A stretch of DNA of 64,000 bases from Raillietiella orientalis. Lineage: Eukaryota. Location of the stretch: NCBI GenBank assembly GCA_036172245.1, contig JAYWIR010000073.1, forward strand, positions 124,001 through 188,000, written 5' to 3'. The translations under genes were made by a program, and so were the position numbers. This document shows positions 58,163 to 64,000 of the stretch, in pieces (position 1 is the first letter of the stretch; every line of letters starts with the position of its first letter). The notes below the pieces were generated by a model that worked only from the letters and a program-made list of their open reading frames with translations, was not told the origin of the DNA and ran no database searches.

Positions 58163-59161
58163 CGCAGAGGAGCAGCTTGATGGCTACCCGTAGGAGGAGA
58201 AACAGGAAGGCGAAGACGAACGGTTTCCCGAATCCCCGCCTCCATCTGTTGCAATGCCACTCTTCCTCTGCCCCCCCTCCCTTCCCTCTCTGAGCTCTCT
58301 CCGGTCCCGGCTGCATGACACGACAGATGGGGATGCTCTCTCTCCCCCTTCTCCCCCACCTTCCAGGTGGCGAAGGACACTCCCTGAACTGTTAGCCATC
58401 CCCTTCAGCTGCCGCTTCTTTTGGGTGCCTAGGCGTAGAAGGTCGATATGACCGCTGACCTTGACCTTGACTCTCGAGAGCTGGGGAATGAAAACTTCGC
58501 GCTTCGGATACGACCCGCAGTGCCCTCGAGCGGTCACAGCTCGTGTTTCCGTATCCCTGGAGAGCCGAAAGACCGGAGAGCGGGAACGCCGGGCGGCTGG
58601 AAGCGCTCCAGACGTTCGTGCCACGTGCAGGTCAACCTCCCCGTGGCCACGCCACCTGGAGCGAAACGAACCGACGATAGGACGCCCAAGGAAGCACAAT
58701 ATCAGAACAATTATTAATGCAATAAGATATGTAATGAGAGGGAACAAAGTTGAAGCGTCTTTGGGCGAGGCATCTTGGGACGCCCTTCAGGAAATAGTCG
58801 CTGGTTTGATCAGCCCCTAGATCAGGTCAGTGTATACCCTCAGGTGCCTTCCCTACACTTTTGGCGCTCGGCCAGCCGGCCGCGGGCGTCCTGGATCGTC
58901 GGTAATTCTCACTCGGGAGAAATGAAAGGCGGTAACCGTCTCCTGGGGAACCAGAGGACGCGACACGTTCAAGGCAGCTTGCTCCTGACCGCCGCCCCGC
59001 GGCCAGCCTTCCTGCACACTGAAGCTGGAAGTCGCTCCTCTTCGGTCCGCACCGGTGGCCGTGCCCTAAGCCGGGCGGGAGGCGAGAGTCGCCGGTATCC
59101 TTCGGGGGACGCGGGAGGACACCTCCGCGACCCCTGCCCCTGGCCGCGGTTCCTCCTCTCT

Positions 59162-59212
59162 CTCGCATGCGAGTAGCGGCCACCGTGCTCGGGCGCGTGA
59201 CGTCACCGGAAG
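59162..59212. promoter_or_regulatory. CpG-rich promoter-like motif cluster (CRE palindrome plus ETS site)
   Basis: CTCGCATGCGAG palindrome, then GTGACGTCAC overlapping CCGGAAG. A second GACGTCACTTCCG composite lies at 60203-60215. Confidence 0.4.
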
Positions 59213-61684
59213 CAAAGCGCTGCCATTCCCCGGCAGGCGGGAGCGCGCGCCCCGTGGCGGCTGACCGGGTCAGAAGGGAGGGAGGGCATCTCTGCGTCGC
59301 GTTCCTCCGGGTCTTCCACCCGAGGAGCATTCCGACGATGGGAGAGTCAGCCGTCGCCCCTTCTCCGCCCCCGACGTCCTGCGGGGCGCGCCCAGACTCC
59401 GGCTTCCCCGCGGCTTCGCTTCCGGAGGACCCCTGGGTGTCCCAGGCCTCGAACCCCGAGGCAAGGGAGCGTCCGCAAGCAGCAACGGCCAAAGATGCTG
59501 CGGAAGAGTCGGACCGTTCTGTTCTCAAAGATGCCTTCTGATACCAGAAGGCACCGCCGCCGGTGAGAAGCGCGCGCTAGAGCAATTCTACAAACACTAA
59601 GAGAAGTCCCGCAGGCGAAGTGTGGTCAACCCACGCTCCGTCGTGGTCAGCGACTGCGCCTCCTTGAGGAGGCCTCCGGGATCCCATGGTTCCTCATCCT
59701 CGGAAAACGGGAAACATATGAGCAGCGCGACGAGAACAGTCCGGAGAAGGGAGAGCGGGAACGAGCAAACAGCAAACCACAACGGAGAGCTCGCCGCCTC
59801 GCTGTTCGCTTCACGTTTGACGGCGGTCCGCAGAAGAAGAGGAAGAGGGAGAAACCCTGGAAGCGGCAGAGGGCTTGTGCTGCGTAGTCGCACGGATGGG
59901 TCGCGAGCTTTGGTCGCCAAAGAATTTCTCCCGGGGCCCGAGCGGCCGGCTGGAACAGCAAACCTGCTTCTGCCTGCGGGCGCAAAGGCAAAACAAACGC
60001 AGCGCACGTCTCCGCTCCGCGCAAGAAACGGACGAGACGCGGTCCACGCGCGAGCGCGCCCACGGCAAAAATGGAAAGCGAAGCGCGAAGGGGAGAGGGA
60101 AGGGGCGCTCTCCTGAGAATTGCAACACGCGGAGGAGAATTATGCCGGGACTGGAAATTATGCAAGTGGCCGAAACGGGAGCGGTAAGCCTGCGACCGCC
60201 GCGACGTCACTTCCGCTGCTCCGGCATAATTTCCTGCGAGCAACTTGAAAGACACGCCGACTGCAAGCACCAGAAAAAGGCAGGCAAAAGATTTGCAGCG
60301 TCATCCCGCCATCTTCCGGTCTCTCGTTCACGGGCAAACCATCAGCCACAAATGCTCGACTTGTCGCGGAGGGGGCCTTCTGCTACTTGGTGGTGACATC
60401 CTAAATGAACCCCCACGTAAACACTGACTTCTTTTCTTCCTTTGCCCCGCGTTGATCATAAGGTGGTAAGCGTCGGTGGTGTCGTGGTCAGTGATAAGAG
60501 TGACATCTTGCAGCTCTTGCAAAGAGATTGTTTATACGTTGCTTATTTCTTTGCTGCATCCTGAGCGTGCAAGGTCCCCTCCTCGCTTCCTCGCTGAACA
60601 GCTTAGCAACACTCGGGTGAGTCCCGCTGACTTTGAGGAAGAAAGGCCAGGGGTCCTTGGATCCTTGCGAAGGGTTCCTTGCTGACCCGCAAGCCCTGTC
60701 CGAACGAAAGTCATTCCTGCGCCAACGGACGGCTTCTACACGTTCTTTCCGGTCTCTCCGGGGCTGTGGACTTTCTCGAACGCGGATCTGCCCCCGGTGG
60801 TTCACAGACTTTTGCCACGTCGGGATGCACGCGCAGAGGGAAAGCCCGCCCGGGTTCGGAAGCTGGGTTCTCCTCCGGGAGCTCGGTCTCCAGAGAGGTG
60901 TTTGCAAAGGCGGTCACGAGTTGGCGCGTTGTAATTTGCCCGCGACTCCCAACATTTGCACTTACTTTCAGAATCATGGTTCTCGAGACCTGCTTTGAAT
61001 TCAAGAACTGATGGCTGATGTGGTTCACCTGGCAACGGTAGCCTTTACTCTGTCAGAATCCACGTAAATACTTTACAGCGTCGGCCGCCCTTCCGTTCAC
61101 CATGCTTATGAAATCGCCTTCCTCCGATAATTGTGCCTTCGCAAGCTCAAGGAATTGATTTCAGATCTGCAACAAGCAAAGCGTGCGGTCAGTCAGATGG
61201 GGAGGGGGGGAGGGTATTAAATTTGAAATGCCACACGGAAAACAAGTTTACATGCGCCCGACAAAAAAAAAAAAAAAGGAAAGAGAGGAAAATCCGATGA
61301 TCGCCCTGGGAGACTGCAAAACGACGCAGCCGCCGCAAACCGACGTAAGCGATCCGCCGAGTTGGGAGAAGAGAAAACCTCAACTGCTGGACGTCCGCGG
61401 TCGTCAGCGACGTCCTCCGCAGCGACCGCTTGAAAGGTGAGGAAGGTGATAATCGGCGGGATCGCAATGATTGGCAGAAGAGGAGCTTCGCAACGGAGAG
61501 ATAAACGGATCGCAGTAAACACAAATCGCGTGCTCTTGAGCAGAACCAGCGGCAACCGCCATTTTTGCTTGTGGTGCCCTCCCACCACTCACCTATTGCT
61601 GCTGCTGTGCTGGGTTCTTTTCTTTTCTTTTTTCTTTTTTTTGGTTGGAGTGTGCATTCTTGGACTTGCATTTTTTTTTAAAAA

Positions 61685-61723
61685 AACAACAACAACAACA
61701 ACAACAGCAGCAGCGGCAGCAAC
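61685..61723 (+). repeat. Compound (AAC)n/(CAG)n microsatellite
   Basis: aacaacaacaacaacaacaacagcagcagcggcagcaac. Confidence 0.9.
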
Positions 61724-62819
61724 GTCAAAGTAAATACTTTGGAATTCAAAAGCGAAAACAAAGCCACACCCTGGAAACTTTCTATTCGTACGGAAGCGAA
61801 GACATCTGCGAGCAAACGCTGGCCAACGGCAGGAGAGGATGGCGGCGCTCTTGGCCACGTTCGGGTGTTCTCGCACGTGGCCAGGAGGCCCCACCACTTC
61901 GTGTGGAACGCAAGAAACGAGGGCTGCCCATTTTGCTGGAAAATCGCTACCGCCTTTCTTTTCCCGAGGAGCGCGAAAGCCACGGGGTGGAAGTCGCATT
62001 CTGGGCTTCTGCCAAACATGCGAAAAAGAAGGAAAGGAGGAGGAAAAAAGCACAGCAAAGCCACCGCCATCGTTTATCCTTTTTGCCCTTCGAAACGGGC
62101 AGCAATGCTCTCTGGGCTCACGTGGGTTCTTGCCGGTAGTCGCACTGCCGAATTAACTCCGCAGCCGCCCTAACTGGGGAAAATCGCACCGAGCAATCAT
62201 ATCGAGCTGCCGTTTCCTGCGGAGCCTCGCCTCGCCCTGTGATTCCTCATAAAGAAAAGCAACATACGTGTACTCCTGGGCAGGAACCCACCTCTGATCG
62301 AGCGAGTGCACCCCTCGAGCAGCGAAGCCGCCTCCAGAAGCTCGACTGGCGGCGGCGGTCGGTTCCACTTGCTGGTGACGCCTGCTGCGGAGCGGGGGGG
62401 AGGGGATGTCGCCCTGGGCTGCTCCGAACTGTGACTGCCGAGCCCACGTTCCACGGACGCAGCGTCGGAAGTGCCCGTCGATGCTGCTGCAACCGCGGCA
62501 CGGAGTCGGAAGACTTGGCAGCTTTTCGAAGACGGGAAATCGCAGAAGCAGTCGGATGTCTCCTTTTCTTGGCTGCGAGGGCTGCCTCGGCAACTCGGCA
62601 ACTGAAGACCGCGGCAAGTTCTTCCCCCCCGTCCCCTCCCCCCTTCTCCCCCCCGAAAAAGGAAAAGGTGAACGAGAGAGAGAAAGAAACGAAAGCTTCG
62701 CATCAGTGTCAAGTTGAGTGCGGCGAGGGAGGAGGGAGGGGCAAACCTCGCCGTGGTCAGCAAATTTATGGCAGCGGATTTCGTAATTTGGCCCGTTAGC
62801 AGGATTTCACTCGCTGTTT

Positions 62820-63180
62820 ATTCACCAGAAAGGCTCGCAGCCCGTGAAATAATAAACTTCGCGAACCCAAGTTGATGACGGAATTAATCGTGGCGAGTCG
62901 GAATGAGTACCGTACGTCGGAATGCCTTCGCGGCTAAATTTCGCTTTCCTTCTTTTCCTGAGGGACTCGCGAACGCCACAGTGTCGATCGCCCTCCTCCT
63001 CACTGCCCACCCTCCCTGATTCCGCCTTTCTCTCGCGGTCGGGACCGGGATGAACTCTGCGGAGCGATCCGTGGATCTCCTGGACGGGCAACAAATCCTG
63101 AATCTTGCCACCAAATGATACAAGCAGCCTTATGGGCACGCAGAGCTTCCTGGCAGCTGCAAAAACAACTCGAGAGGCCT
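62820..63180 (-). mobile_element. Decayed LINE RT fragment (a related fragment lies at ~63720-64000)
   Basis: AEFIP, AKAF and HQLGF..FI motifs. The DNA gaacccaagttgatga recurs at ~62863 and ~63842. Confidence 0.45.
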
Positions 63181-63184
63181 AATC

Positions 63185-63712
63185 CCTGCCCCAATAGGCA
63201 AAACACGGAAAGTGGGGAAGCATCACTTGGAAAAGAAAGCAGGCACTGGTGAACGCCCACCAACACGAACTAGTGCCAAGGAGTAAAGAAATTTGGGAAG
63301 ACCAACTAGCCATGGTCATCCCATACTTCCTGTGCATCCCTCGGGAAACCAAGCAGTGGATATTCCAGAGGCCAAGGATGACCATGCGACCGGCGACCTC
63401 CAGAAGATGCGACGGTTTTGGGAAGATGGTTGGAAGATTAACCCACAAGTATCGAGAGCTCTGGACAGATCAGGAATCCAGCTGCTGGCGCCTGATCACC
63501 AGAGCAAGCATCCGAGAAGCTGTGACGGAGAATCCGGACGAGGACGACTCTCTGCCTGCAGCCGTCAGCCGCTACGGATGCCGCCAGGAGAACCCGTTGG
63601 CGGATGGAACCACGGTCAGGACGAGCGACTAACCACCCGACACTCAGCATGACCTCCTGATGTTTTATTGCGGAAGGATCCTGGGCGGCGCGAGGACAGA
63701 GCACGGGTCAGG
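63185..63712 (+). mobile_element. LINE family C fragment
   Basis: Homologous at DNA and protein level to ~22900-23400 on the minus strand. Confidence 0.75.
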
Positions 63713-64000
63713 TACCGCCGAGATGCCTTCGTGGCTGAACTTCGCTGTTCTTCTTTTCCACACTGCTCACCCTCACAGCGACCCTTTCTTGGCTGCCACG
63801 GACCGCAGGCCCCCTGTTTCTCCCGTTCAGGAGGGAATCATGAACCCAAGTTGATGATGGAATTGATAATGGTCCAGGAAGAGTCTGAAAAGCTTCTCCT
63901 TGGAATCGATGCTTTTCGGTGGTGCATAACGAGACTTTTACTCTTCACCGAGCGCTGCCCCCGTTCAAAACTGCATCGCGCGCATTCTTCGCTGAGACTT

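Overview
This is eukaryotic (metazoan, most likely arthropod) genomic DNA, not prokaryotic; I saw no rRNA, tRNA or CRISPR. Three spliced host genes can be reconstructed exon by exon: an aldo-keto reductase (12606-15295, minus), the splicing helicase DHX15/Prp43 (45260-52461, plus) and a family-I CoA-transferase of the acetyl-CoA hydrolase/4-hydroxybutyrate CoA-transferase type (55875 to about 58162, minus). Most of their introns are very short (39-60 nt). Most of 3.4-43.5 kb and 62.8-64 kb is nested, decayed non-LTR retrotransposon: several L1/Tx1-type families (labelled A-D here) and two diverged NeSL/Utopia-type elements (zinc fingers, RT, restriction-like endonuclease) pointing toward each other. 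Most interesting observations: (1) an intact, intronless, highly divergent BAF (barrier-to-autointegration factor)-like ORF at 2175-2576; (2) a near-perfect 2.58-kb inverted repeat (23519-26102 / 37623-40206) whose inner ends run straight into the 5' regions of the two NeSL/Utopia-like elements; (3) a conserved spliced-leader-like block (GGTTTAAC...CCAAG|GTAAGA) upstream of both of those elements; (4) an AATAAA plus covarying stem-loop 3' terminus, with no poly(A), shared by seven L1-like ends from two families; (5) an unusually long (~95 bp) target-site-like duplication. All assignments come from motif recognition by eye; no database searches were run, and element boundaries are approximate.
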